Source: Jimgerdemannia flammicorona
Taxonomy: Eukaryota
Length of the DNA: 36,711 bases
Reading direction: 5' to 3'
Assembly: GCA_003990765.1 (NCBI GenBank)
Contig: RBNJ01000204.1
Span: 1 to 36,711, forward strand
Part shown: positions 1-12,699 of the stretch, in pieces
Layout of the letters: each line of letters begins with the position of its first letter
Numbering within the stretch: position 1 is the stretch's first letter
Translations under genes and position numbers: made by a program
The notes under the pieces: generated by a model
The model's input: only the letters and a program-made list of their open reading frames with translations
What the model was told of the DNA's origin: nothing
Database searches by the model: none

Positions 1-99
1 TTTTTAAAAAAAAAATAATATAAAACTTATAATACTTTAGATATATTTATTGTTTACTTAATATATATATATATATATACTATTCATATAATATTATAG

Positions 100-325
100 A
101 GGCATATAAAAAAGAGTATATATAATAATATCTATTAAAAACTTTAGGTAAATATATTTAGATATTATTAGTAATATTAGAGATATTGTTGAATCAAATA
201 TAGTTACTAACTATATTTCAAATTTTACTACAGAGTATAATGAGTAAAATTTCATTTATGATTAATATCTGAATATCTCTCAATGTTATTTCATTTCTTA
301 GCATTACTGAATATTAGATTAATAT
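100..325 (+). pseudogene. hAT-family transposase remnant, left part (intron 148-233)
   Basis: From 234 reads SIMSKISFMINI*ISLNVISFLSITEY*IN, a decayed KISFTTDxWTS...SFLxITAHWID first catalytic-Asp region. It is preceded by a GTAAAT(148)...CTAAC(207)...CAG(233) intron and cut by element C at 326. Confidence 0.75.
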
Positions 326-799
326 TATAATATAATAGATATATATATACTAGTAAAAATATAGTAGATTTCTTTATTTTAAATACTTGATCTTCTTTAA
401 CTCCTTAGAGTCCTCAGGTGCAGGGGTGAGTAAGTTTAAAATATATCTATCTATAGACTTATTAGTTTCTTATCTCTTTACTTAAATTATTTTAATCTCA
501 GATTTATTTACTCTAAATATATACTAGAAATATTTATATAAGTTTACTAGCTATATAGTAGCTAAGTTAAGACTTCTTTTCCTGTAAGTTATTTTATATA
601 GTTGAGAGATCAGTATATTTGTGAAATCTATATAGATGAGAGATCATTATATCTGAGAGATTTATATAACTATACTTTTTATATAATTGTATAAATCATA
701 TAACTGAGAGATTAAGTAACTACTAAACTATAATACTATATTATAATGATCAAATATCTATCCTCTGATTATTATTCCTAATTTAGATTAACTATTACA
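326..799 (-). repeat. 3' LTR of element C
   Basis: Co-linear with 22162-22564 and 32825-32906; termini TATAAT...ATTACA (ancestral TG..CA). Confidence 0.9.
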
Positions 800-802
800 A
801 CT

Positions 803-809
803 CTCTCCT
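803..809 (-). promoter_or_regulatory. Polypurine tract of element C
   Basis: AGGAGAG on the minus strand, followed by AGT and the 3' LTR start TGTAAT. Confidence 0.7.
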
Positions 810-911
810 AAATAAGTAATTTTATCTCTAAATCATCTTATTCAAACTTCTATACTTTGACCAATTATATGTTCTTATACTATATAATCTACTCAATTAT
901 ATTCTCTTAAT
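810..911 (-). pseudogene. C-terminal part of element C accessory ORF3
   Basis: After removing element A and one TSD copy, ...KKYY*|ENIIE*II*YKNI continues in frame from 15395. Confidence 0.55.
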
Positions 912-1390
912 TATAAGAGATTTACTTGTTAGAGTAACCATTATATAGTTCTGGAAGAGTTTTCTGAAAGTTCTGGATATTCTGGAAGACTATTTTCTTT
1001 AGATCAAGATCAATTTCATATAGAGTATATCCTCTATACTTATTGATTTTAAGATCAGATTGATGTCTTAACTAAAGTCCTTTTTCAGACTAGTTCTGAA
1101 TATTCAGAATTTTCATATTTCAGAAAGTTTAAGAAACTAAGACCAGCTTAGTTGAATTGGTATATTACTATAGACAATACCCAATCAGAAAATTTCATGA
1201 TATAGTTAGGAGTAGATTTAACAGAGTATAGATTTACTTAAGAGTAGTTTGTAGATTATTAAATAGATTTATTTGCTATTCATGATATTGCTATATTAAG
1301 AGTAGTTGTATAAAGAGATATTGTGGAGAAGTGTTCAGAAGTTGTATTTAGATTATTCTTGTCTGAGTTTCTGAAATTTGGAGAAGGAGG

Positions 1391-1398
1391 TATTTATA
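1391..1398 (-). promoter_or_regulatory. Putative TATA box of element A LTR
   Basis: TATAAATA on the minus strand followed by pyrimidine-rich CCTCCTTCTCC, ~480 bp from the U5 end. Confidence 0.55.
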
Positions 1399-2119
1399 CT
1401 AATAGAAGGCTATCTGGACTATACTGAATATAGATATAGCACTTAGTGTCTTACTGAATCAAAATGCAGTTACATAATATACATAAGTATAAACTGACAT
1501 ATCAAGAGATCATCTGACTGCTGAGTTAGTTTACAGTTATATCATATAAGGCTAATCTAACTATACTAATAACTACTAAGCTATCTATAGATTTAGATAC
1601 TATCTGGATAGTCTTTAATGATATTACTATCAATGATATTATCTCTGATGAAGTAGTTATCTAGAAAGAGTGGTTCTCAGATTACTTCTCTCTATTTGCT
1701 CAGATAATAATACATCAGAACCTCATCACTATTTTACAGAATAGTATTATCTATCTCATATACTGAGTATGGAGTTAGTGAGTGAAGAAGAGATATATTA
1801 TCTTTACTTTCATCAGATTTGCTGTCTGTATACCTTTTATAGGTTATAGCACTATATGTTGCTGAATTGTAGTAAGCTGATAGCTATTATTTATATCACT
1901 CATACTTGAGTGGTAGAGTTATTGGTTTGATCTTAAGAGTTATCTGGAGATATAAGTTGTGTTCTCTAGTCTCTTCATTATAGTTGAAGTAGTTAGAGAT
2001 GAATATAGATTAGTACTTATATCAGTAATTATTATCCCAATAGATCTCATAGATAGTTATGAACTATTATAAGTTCATCAGCAAAGTTGGTAGGGTGATT
2101 AGGGCTAGCAGAGATCATT

Positions 2120-2720
2120 ATCTTCTGCTTTATTATTATTAAACTAAATTATATTATATATTCTTCATAGTATATCTAACTTAGGGCATTTGTAGGATGT
2201 AGTTATTGAGGTATAGAAAGGTTCTATCTATGGTCTAGATATACTTGATATACTTGTAGTTAAGTTCTTATACTATATTTCTAATTTGGCCATAGGACAG
2301 GATGGTAACCATTTTAGCAGTAGTAACTCAGAGGCAGAGAATAAAGATACTATACTCATAAAAGAATTCTTGGTATTTATGAGTAATGAGTTTCTAGTAT
2401 TGGAATATCTGGGTAATATCTATGTCATAGTAGTGTTCAATCATATCTTCCAGGAGGTGGCCAATCTGATAGTAGCTTGAGATTTGTCTAATTCAGTGGG
2501 TTTTGCTGAGTATGTTCAGGATATTTTATTGGACTTCTACAAAGTAAAGGAGTGCTAAGCTATGGATATTCATAAGGGGCAGAGAAGGTGTGGCTCAGTT
2601 GATAATAGTATTCCAAATGTCAGTACAGATATAGTTATAGATCTCAGTAGTCATATTTGTATATATGTTTAAGAGTTGTGGTTGTTTATTTAGTTTGTTG
2701 TAGTTTTTGTTTTGATACAT
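2120..2720 (-). pseudogene. Accessory ORF inside U3 of the element A 3' LTR (may extend with frameshifts to ~1600)
   Basis: Single frame from ATG 2720/2654: MTTEIYNYICTDIWNTIIN*ATPSLPL...IRQISSYYQIGHLLEDM...THKYQEFFYEY...VTTAKMVTILSYGQI. Several stops differ between the two LTR copies (e.g. TGA vs CAA, implying ancestral CGA). Confidence 0.7.
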
Positions 2721-2921
2721 CTAAGTACTCAGTATATATATTCAGTTCTGATTAGTAAGGTTTTGTTTATGTAAATCTTATATTCTATAACTTCAAGTTG
2801 ACTTAGCTTTATACTCTATGACTTTGATTTAACTCAGCTTTGTAATCTTATATATGATTTCTGAATTCAATCTGAGAGTGATATGTGATTTTAGTAGCTT
2901 AGAGATTGTGCACTTATAACT

Positions 2922-2929
2922 CTCTCCTT
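2922..2929 (-). promoter_or_regulatory. Polypurine tract of element A
   Basis: AAGGAGAG on the minus strand, then AGT, then the 3' LTR. Confidence 0.7.
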
Positions 2930-3369
2930 AGCTTTCAATGTCCTCATTGAGGTCTTCTAATTTTGGTCTAGTGTTGTTATACTATTTAGATGGTCAAAAG
3001 TCTGGTAATATCTATTTTTCTCAAAAAGTGGTATACTTGTAATACAGTTGCCTAATGCATTAGATTCACATGTTAAAGAGTCATGTATTCAATACTGTAT
3101 ACTGGAAGTGATTCTGATATTATTCATTACTGGAGAATTTCCTTTAAGAAATCTTCTTAAATGTTTATATCTTATTTCCTATCAGTAGTATAGAGATAAT
3201 AGACTGGTTTTCAGTTTTGCTATTTTTCTAGAGGGTCAGTATTCTTTTATCTTGTCTTATTGAGTTCTTGATTTCATTCATAATAATTATAAGGATACTT
3301 AATGTTTAGGAGGGATAGTATATGATGTAAACTGATAGATGCTGGGGTGTTCAGTTTCAATTATTTAAA

Positions 3370-3525
3370 GAATTATATTCTTGAACTAGATTAGTAGTAT
3401 TCTAGAGGTTGGTCTTAAGTTTCTATATTGTATCATAGATTGGATAACCTTTCTATTTGACAAGGTACTCTAGATGGTTCTTGTGGCTATATTTATTGAG
3501 GATTTGTTCAACTTCATATTCTTCT
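3370..3525 (-). pseudogene. Chromodomain at the C-terminus of element A integrase
   Basis: DQEEYEVEQILNKYSHKNHLEYLVK*KGYPIYD matches the EYEVExIL...YLVKWKGY chromodomain consensus. Confidence 0.9.
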
Positions 3526-3529
3526 TGGT

Positions 3530-4895
3530 CATTAATAATGATAAGTATAGGTGGTTTTGCAGTTTAGTTCAGGAATAGCTTATCATCATTTTCATTATAA
3601 TACTTGAGATATTAGACATTAAAGACTGGATGAATCTTAATAATATCTAGTAGTATCAATTTATAGGAAGTTAGAGAGACTTGTGTGATGACTTTGAATG
3701 GTCTAATGAATTTGCTGTTCAGCTTTATAGATAATTTATACTTGAGGTTATCAACTTAGTATCCTTAGATATCTAGTAAAACTTTTTCTCTGATATTAAA
3801 AGTTTCTTCTCAGTAGTACTAGTTGATATTCTATGACTATTGTTCTTGAGCTTAAGATAAATTCTTGATTGCAATCTGACTTAAATTATACATTTAGAGT
3901 AAGAATTCTTCAATGGCTTCAACAGTGGAGAGTTCATTGGTAGTTCTGATGAGTATCAGAGGGGTGTTTGGGTTTTGCCCTGTATTGGTAAAGAACAGAG
4001 TCATTTCAAGAGAGGCTTGCTTGCTGTTATTATAGGTAAACTCAACTATAGTAAGGTATTCATATCAATCATCTTGTCTATAGGAAATATAGTTCCTTAA
4101 CATTTGTTCTAAAGTTCAGTTTATTCTTTCAGTTTGACCATCAGTTTCAGGATAAAAGACTATAGATAGTATAAGTTTTATTTCAAGATGGGCATAGAGA
4201 GCTTTCTAAAAATAGCTGGTAAATTTTAGATCTCAGTTACTAATAATGATCTTCAGAAGACCATGATAGCAGAAGATGTTATTAAATAAGAGTATAGTGA
4301 TTTCAGATACTGTTATAGTTGTAGCAGTAGGTATAAAGTAGGCTTGTTTGCTGAGATAGTCTACAAAAACAATAATTGCATCTTTTCCATTCTTAGTTCA
4401 GGGTAGTTATATAATGAAGTCCATAGAGATTTATTCCCAATTAGCAGATGGTACTAGTATAGAGTGGAGTAGACCAGGTTTTGCTAGTGTTGAGAACTTG
4501 TTGTATTGGCAGACATTATAGAAAGTAATGTAAGTTTTTAGCTAATCTGCCATATAGAGCCAATAGAAGTTTCAGAAAATAACTTCATAGTATTTGTCAA
4601 ATCTTAAATATCTAGCTATAGGGGTATTATGATATTCAAATAGGATAGTTCTTTAGAGGTCTCAATTGTTTGGAATATATAATCTGTCCTTATAGTAGAT
4701 AGTATTGTCCTTCAGTTGGTATTGATGATACTAGATATACTTGTCAATATTGTCACTGCTCAGAATTTCTTGGAGTACTTGAGCTTCTTTATCATCAGCA
4801 TATGCTATGATAATTTATTCTATAATAGAGTTGGTAACCAAGGTAAGAGTTTGAATAACTTCTTTGATTGGTGGTCTGGAGATTGTATTGATAAT
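3530..4895 (-). pseudogene. Element A integrase
   Basis: Minus-strand motifs W(E)*ISMDFI, IVFVDYLSK, YPETDGQTER, KFIRPFKV (GPF-like) and IHPVFNV, with many stops. Confidence 0.88.
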
Positions 4896-4919
4896 AATAA
4901 TATATATATATATTTAAAG

Positions 4920-7900
4920 TTATTTGGACTCACTATTTATTACCAGTCTAGTTACATTATCTCCTCCCACTACCCAATCCTCATAGGAGAGCCCCCTCCT
5001 ATATCTTCACACTTAAATACTACTCTACTATCCACTACTCCAACTCTCCCCCCACTCTGTCTACAGATTTTCTCCACCAAGCAATGTCTCTGACCACTCT
5101 ACAGACCCCAACCTAACCACCAGCCTGTCAGAATATCCTCCATCAACTTTTCTCATCTTAACAGCTGTACCCCTAAACTCAAATACCTCTCTTCCTCAAA
5201 AACAAACAATCAGTGACCTGTCAGCCCCACTCAAACAGCTAATACTCAACCTATAGTAAGCCACTCCTTTTCTATTCTCCCTACCAATCTATCTCTCATA
5301 TTCTCTCACCAACCTCTCTCACCATCCCCTCTGCACACAATACCCAATCAATTCCCAACTACTAGCCAAAAATCACTAAGTACCTCACACTCTTCCAGCC
5401 AATGTTCTGGTATCTGTACAAATTCTCCTTTCTGTCCTACATTGTAGTACTTCTTATAGTCAAAACTATCCCCCTCTACAAGATAGCCTGAGTGAAAGTT
5501 GAGCATGACATTCCTCTACAGCATACACTATCAGACTACTCAGTACTTCAGTAGCAGCTATTGTCATACCTCAGCACACCAGGCCTAGACCCTATTCCAG
5601 TCTCACTTCTCTCTGATTCTAGCCAACTATCATCTACTGGGTCATAAATTCTGTCCTAACCCCCTCTGGCACTTGATCCTATTACTAATATTGAAATTAA
5701 TTAGAGAGATATCCCACAACAACACTCTGTCCCATCTCTACATTGCTGGGCCCCAAGGCATCTCTTCTTCATTTCTTCTCCAGTAAATTTCAATGTAGTG
5801 TGCCCCATCTACTACCCCTATCAGAAGTCTTTGTACTGTATGCACTCATTGTTCTGAAGTCTAACTAAGGACAGTAGATCTTCTATAAAGCCTCTTAGTG
5901 AGGGCCTCATCTTCCAGACCTTCTTCATTAGAGGAACCTAATCACCTCCTTGTAGCTCCACAGCTCTCTTCAGCTACCATGCTCTCAGACAGTACAGCCT
6001 CTTCAAAAAGTCAACAAGTCTGAGGCCCCCTCTAGCCACTGGCAAAGACAAAATTTCTCAGCTAATCTGACTCCTTCTCTCAGCCCAGATCTACCCCTTG
6101 GTTAGTTTCAATAGTCTCTTTACCACCCAGACTGGAAAGTCTAGGTAATAAGCCAAATATCACAACTTTAGTAGCCAGTAGATGTTCAAAATTGAAACAT
6201 GCTCTGCCAAAGATAAGTGGTGTCCTCTCCAACTCTATAGAGCCTCTCTCCAAATCACAACTCACTGCTCTCATCAAGGTCTCAGTAAGACTGACCTATA
6301 TACTAATAGATAGATGTTCAAGTAGCACACCATCTCTTCAGTAAGGACAATTGTTCCAATGATATCTCCTCCTACCAAACTATTGCCCAACACTATCATT
6401 TCACACTTATACCAATTGAGTTTAGCCCTAGAGTGAGTCTCATACCACTCTACCATCTCTTTGAGTTCCTTGATATCTGCAATCAATCTCAGGCCAACCA
6501 CTATATTATCTGTAAAGGCTCCAAATTTCCACCCAATTCCAAATACTAAGAGTCCAACTATCTTCTGCTGAATCTTATCCATCAAAGGCTCTAAGGAAAG
6601 AGCATATAGAATAAAGGGCAGTGGGTCTCCCTGAAGGACACTCCTACCCAGGGGAAATACCACCCCTCTATGTCTATTATATATAAGTGTACCTCTACTC
6701 TCTTTCAATAGGCTAACTATCACTACTTGGAACTAGTGAGAGATATCAATCCTATTCAATATCTTCATCAATCAGACCTACCAAATATAGTCATATACCT
6801 TCTTCTAATCTAGAAAAACCAGTTGCCTATCCAGACCACAGGCCCATGCCTCTTTAATAATATCATATATCTAAGCCATGCCATCCCTAATGAGCTGGCC
6901 CCCTACAAAGCCCCACTACTCCTCACCCAAGACTTGCTAAGCCACTTTCTGCAGCCTTGCTACCACTATCTTAGTAATCAACTTTCTGTCCATATCCAGA
7001 AGTATGATCAGCTACCAGTTCTTCCAGTTCTCTCTTCTGCTCTTATTCTTATAAATTAGTATTACTAGCTTTAGATTCTGCTCACCCACTCATCTTCCTA
7101 ACTATAGTATTAAGTCACAAAGTACCATCAGCTCTCCTAATACTCTAGGGACTCCCACTATCTTCTTCCAAAGTCTCAAGACAGATCATCCTCCCCTGGC
7201 ACTATATCTAGTATAGTTGCAGCAAGAATCTGACAAATCTCCTTCTCCTATACAGACAATGTCAAGCTGCCCAGCCCTTTTACTTATAGTGGGTGCCAAT
7301 CTTCTAAAGTCTGATCAATGATGACAGCATCAGCCCCACCCTCCTCTTCACTCTACAGACCACTCCACCTCTCCTTTAATAATTTAAGAATGTCTTGTAT
7401 ACTATACACCAGCTGTCTATCAGAATCTAGTACCCCCTCCCACCTCTGCTTTACTCTCCTCATCTGAAGAGCTCTCATGAGATACTTAGAGGGTCTTTTC
7501 CCTTCTTCTAGCCCCTGCCAATATAACTATACTGCCAAACTCTGTACCTGTACCTTCTTCTTCTCCCACAATATCTGTTGTAACTTCTCAACTTCCATTT
7601 TTACCTGCAACAGTCTCCAGTCCTCTACTCCCTCCAGGGTCAACAGATCAGCCCAATCTTCCAGAAGCCTAGCCAATCTAGTAGAAGCCCACATCACCCT
7701 CTTCCTCCTCCACCTTCCAGCCATCTTGCCAGCCTTGCTCCAGTAGACCCTGGTGGCCTCTTTTATTCTTATCTACTGGACACCAACTGGGGCTCCTTTC
7801 TATATCCAACCTTCCACCCTCTGCTGAATGTCCTCAGCCCACTTATTCCATAGCACCTTATCATCTAACAAAGAGGAATTGAGGTGTCAATATTCAGGCC

Positions 7901-8623
7901 CATTCCCACTCTTCCCAAAATATCTCTGTCTTAGTAGCCCCCAATGATCAGACCATAGACACCACTCAGCCTCCAGTAACTTCCAAATACCCAAGCCCTA
8001 GCAGTTTGCTATCAGAATCTAGTCAATTCTTATCCCTAGACTGCTTGCCCAGTGTATGTATACTCTCCTATTTATCTCAAAACTCCCTACTAGCATCCAT
8101 TAGAGTACTTAGCCTTTCCACTTTCTCCTATACCTTCAGATCTTCACTCCTATCCTCAGCCCCTCATTCTCTATCAGTTCTATTCACCAGTATATCTCTG
8201 ACTATATTAAAGTCTCCTTCAAGCATATCCACTCCTATCTCTATAAGAGTCCCACTTTTCTAGAGACCTTTCACCCAATCTACATGCTCACTCCTCACAG
8301 CAGGGCAGTAGTAAGAATCCACTAACCAACTTTCAACCTATTTATATTCACTCTCCCCAAACCAGTCTGTCTCTCCAGCTTCTTACATCTCATATCTCTC
8401 CTCTGTCTCTCTAGATCAGAATCTCAACCTTGCTCTTCCAAACTACCTCACCTCCCTATTCCTTTGTCTATTTTAGTCTATCCAAATAATTCTTACATCT
8501 GATATCCTGCAAAAGAAAGAGATCAGCCTCCAATCTCTTCAGCTAAGCAAAAATGTTTCAATACTAAAATGAACTCCATAACCCATTCACATTCAAAGAA
8601 AAAATATTAGTTATACTGTTCAT
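4920..8623 (-). pseudogene. LINE ORF2 (AP endonuclease + reverse transcriptase + C-terminal Zn region)
   Basis: MNSITNIFSLNVNGL start, GDFN, SDH, D*KKVYD, QGDPLPFILYALSLEPL, FTDN (ex FADD), RGGLRL, EHWLEEC; ends WVVGGDNVTRLVINSESK*. Confidence 0.9.
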
Positions 8624-8710
8624 AAGAAATATTATAAGATAGCAAGTGTATCCTCTATTACTCCATATTCATCTCCTCCTAAGCCAAGTCTAGATTGCAT
8701 TCAGCAGTCA

Positions 8711-10620
8711 CTACCTCCTCTTTGATCCTCTTAGCCTCCAATCCAACCAGTAGTTTAGCAAGTTCCCCATTCTCTTTCTTCTTGAAATCCTCATAATACT
8801 CCAGGCAGACCTCCTGCCAGAGCTGCAATCCATGATGCTCCACTCAACAGAAGGTGGCCTACTCACCAGCAGCAACTGCCAGCTCAGTCTCCTTCTCCTT
8901 ATTAACCTCATATCTTTCCTCTAGGAAAACTACAAGAACCTCTGCCTTCAGTGCCTCTATCACTCTATTATTATGCAGAATCTATGCCCAATGCTCTTCA
9001 CTCATCACTCTCAGGTCCACCTCTCCCAACTCCTCTGCTGCAAAGTTATTTATCATCTGATATATTCATAGTAGATTTCTTACCTCCTTCCTTCCTGAAG
9101 TTACTGGCCTTCCTCTATTCAGTATTGAGGTATCAATCTCTGCACTCATAGTCTTATCCCACTCCTCCTCTTGAATGTCTACTAGTTCATTCTTACCAGC
9201 TACCACTATCTGTCCCCCCTTTACTACCTCAAGAACTTCAAAGTATACTTACTAGGTTCTCTATATAGACACATCCTCTGCCACCTAGCTCCTTGAAGCC
9301 AGACCTCATCTAATAAGAGAAGTAGAAGTTGAGGAGTCCTTCCAGACCTCAAATATACCATCTGTATATGAGTCATTATCAGTCACCCCCTTGTCCACTT
9401 CCAGTCCCTTTTCTATATTCTTTCCATCTTCACTAGCTTAGACACTCACTTTGACTCTCCCCAAGATCTCAATTCCACCAGTATCCTTCTTCACTCTACT
9501 CTTCAGATTTGCCAACAGCTCTCTCTATCTCTTATATTCTTGGGACCTTTCTCACAGCTTCTTATCTATATAGATCTGCTTTCTATCCACTATCTCTAAA
9601 TGTATCAACTATATATATGCCTCTAAGCCTTTGTCCTCCACTCTACTATACCACTCAGCCCCTCTAGTTTCTCCAATAAATTCTCTTTCTTCTTCTCACT
9701 TCCCTTTATCCTCATTATCTTATATAAGAATGTCCCCCATACTATTACCAATAGCCAGTTCCCGACCTTCCCAGTAGCTTCCCTTTCTGCTAACCAAATC
9801 CAGATATCAATATCCCCAGTTCTGAATGAGGTCCCTTCCTAGACCTGGAACCCAACATCAACTACCTCTTCATACTTAGTCATGACTTCCTCAACTCTTC
9901 TCCTTATCTCCACAGTAATCACTATAGATACTCCTTTTACCAGAAATTGCACCACTCTAGGGTCCTACCTCAAGTAGCATGCCATTGGAATATACATCTC
10001 TCTGACAGTCAGCCTAGCCTTCAGTATATCCTCTAATAGCCCAGCTTTCTCAAAGCCCACCTCTACTCCTTCTAATCTCTTCAGAAACTTTACAGATGCT
10101 ACTTCAGCTATCTGCTTAGTAATCAGCCCCAATACTATTTTTGCTGTTACTGCTAAACCCCTGAAGTATAAAGTAACTATAAACTCTGAGATTGACTTCT
10201 TGAGTAATGGGGTCACCACTAGGTCTGTTATACCATCTATCAGATCCCCCATCCATCTAAGCCCCATCCTCTCAGCCCTGTTATCAGCAGTTACATCTGG
10301 ATTTTTTTCAGATTACCAGTCACCACCCTATCAGCAGTTATACTCCCAGCCACTACTCTACCAGCCCTTCTACCTGATACTCCCAAGGGAGCCCCTCCTG
10401 GCTCTCCAGCAGCAGCTGTCTCCTTTACTGTCTCCTGGCCCTTTCTCAGCCAGCTCTCTAGCCTATTTATTAGCTAACCCCTCTTCATCATATCAGCAAA
10501 GTTTGCTCTCTCTGTCTCCTATCCTCCAACCCTGCTTCCCCCCCTTCTATATCCTTCTATCAGTAGACCCCTCATGTTTCCCCCCAAGCTAGGGCCCCTT
10601 CTCATATATTGCCAGTTGAA
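8711..10620 (-). pseudogene. LINE ORF1 remnant
   Basis: Located upstream of ORF2; ORF-track fragments 9965-10267 and 8711-8911; RRM-like EVMTKYEEVVDVGF...FRTGDIDIWI. Boundaries approximate. Confidence 0.55.
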
Positions 10621-10705
10621 TATGCTTGGGCCACCCTGCTCAGTATATATCTTGGAATACTCATCAGTTGCTATGTTACTAGTCTCTTTTTTTCAAAAAT
10701 GATAT

Positions 10706-12000
10706 TGTGAGTGTCTTCAAAGATTGTGTAACCTGAATGTTATCAGAGAAAGATGATAATAATATTTTCCTTATCAGAGTGATACTGGATTTTATAGTCA
10801 AAGTTAGTGAGAACTTTTAACTATCTGGCTTACTTTTAAAAAAGAATAGTCTGGATCTTGATATTAACTAATGATTTGTGGTCTATTAAAATAGTGAAGT
10901 ATACTTCTTCAAGATAGAGTTACTATTTAATCATATAATGGCTAGCATTTCCTTCTTATGAATTATATAGTTGATTTCTACATTATTGAATTTTTGAGAA
11001 TAGTAGGCCACAGAGTGTCCTTCTTACATAAGTACTGCTCTAAGAGCTAGGTCAGAGACATTAGTAGTACATAACTTCATATAGTAGGGCAGGATTTATC
11101 ACTTGAAGTACTGGAGTGATTATTAAGACATCCTTTAGTGCTTAAAAGGCTATATCTTATTTATATTTCCAATTTACAAGATTGTTGAAGTCTTTTTCTT
11201 ATTTTGTAGTTCAGGGCTGTTCTTCTTTCTTGCTATACTTGATTATTTGGATAAGAGCAGTAGCAATCTTCATCTTTTAGCTTCTTAGGTTTGGGCCAAT
11301 TCTTGATTGTAGAGATTTTGCTAGAGTCTACTTTGATTTTATTGGGAGTAATAATGTGTCTAAGGAATTGAATTTCCTTCAGAAGGAATTCATATTTGCT
11401 GAGTTTTGCAAAGAGTCAGTTTTCTCAAAGCTTTAGTAGTACTAGTTCAAGATGTTCAAGATGTTTCTCTAGGGTTTTACTGAAGACCAGGATGTCATCA
11501 ATATAGATAATAACAAATTTATCTAGATATAAGTATAGAATGATATTCATCAGTATCTGGAAGATTGCAGGAGTATTAGTTAAGCCAAAGAACATAACCA
11601 AGAACTCAAAATATCTATAGTGAGTTTAGAAGACTATCTTGTAAATGTCTTCTTCCTTTATGGCAATTTGTTAGTAACTATTTCACAGGTCAAAAGAGCT
11701 TATAAATTGTGAATTAGTAAGTCTATTAAATATTTCATTGATTCAGGGTAGTGAGTAACAGTTCTTGATAGTCTGTTCATTGAGATCATAGTAATCAATA
11801 CACATTTGCAGGTCTTCTCCTTTCTTGACAATAAAGAAGACTGGTGCTCCATAGGGTGATACACTGGGTTTGATGAATCCTTGCTCTAGGAGTTCATCAA
11901 TCTCTTTCTTGAGTATATCAATTTCTCTCAGAGATATATAGTAGATTGACTTGAATACTGACTTAGCATCTGGGATAGTCTTGATGGTATAGTCTACTAC
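10706..12000 (-). pseudogene. Element A reverse transcriptase and RNase H
   Basis: [51 protein letters not shown]. Confidence 0.9.
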
Positions 12001-12299
12001 TCATTTAGATGGTAGGTCTTTTAGAAGTTTCTTTGGGAATATGTCTTAGAATTTCTGAAGTAGAGGTCTGACATGGCTGTTAACTTTGGAAAAATCTTCT
12101 TTGAGGTTCTCAGGTTCTCCTTTGGATGGTCAGATAGAGATAGCAAAGAGAGAGCATTTCTTGGCCAATTTCTTGAGCTGTAGTTTATTGATATAGGTGA
12201 TCTTTGATTCAGATTCACTAGAATTGAGTGGGTCTTTTTTATCTTACAGTTTGAAATTATGACATCCTTTCTTGATCAGAGAATAGTTTATCTAATCAA

Positions 12300-12600
12300 T
12301 CATAAGGTTCTCTTATTTTAACCATGAGGTCACAAGAATAATTTTGTTATCAGGAAGTAGTATGATCTAGAGTGTAATATATACTCAGTAGTCACTAATT
12401 CAGAAGGATAGATTGTAGACTTCCTTACTAATAATATGGGAGATTCTATTAGCTATAGTAACTGCTTGAGTCTGTTGTACTGGAGAGGTCAAGACCTTGA
12501 GTCTGTTGGCTGTTTCTTTATTGATAAAGTTGCCTAAGGCACTACTGTCTATTATAATCTTGACAGATGCTCAGTTGACAAAAGCTTGGAGTATAAGCAG
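12300..12600 (-). pseudogene. Element A aspartic protease
   Basis: VKIIIDSSALGNFI (DSG-type active site) and a downstream IIL..SW motif. Confidence 0.7.
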
Positions 12601-12699
12601 TTTGTCTGATCCAATGGTAGTAATTTTAGTTATAAGAGCTTTCCTTTTGTTAGTTCTCCTTTGGGCCAGTTTATTGATACAAGAGAAGCAATTATTGAT

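Larger units (their letters stand above)
912..2918 (-). repeat. 3' LTR of element A (~2.0 kb)
   Basis: Co-linear with 13797-15394; termini TATAAG...CTTATA (TG..CA after transitions). Confidence 0.92.
4904..10697 (-). mobile_element. Non-LTR retrotransposon B, L1/Tx1 clade, near full length
   Basis: ORF1 + ORF2 (APE-RT-Zn); 3' (TA)n tail at 4904-4913. Candidate TSD AATAATAT (4896-4903) / AATGATAT (10698-10705); its removal restores the A pol frame (DTHNIIIINTI). Confidence 0.88.

Noticed and set aside
2286..2480. ORF-track 64-aa plus-strand ORF
   Set aside because: Antisense shadow of the minus-strand U3 ORF.
6823..10592. Many Ser/Leu/Pro-rich plus-strand ORFs
   Set aside because: Antisense to the purine-rich LINE B ORF1/ORF2.
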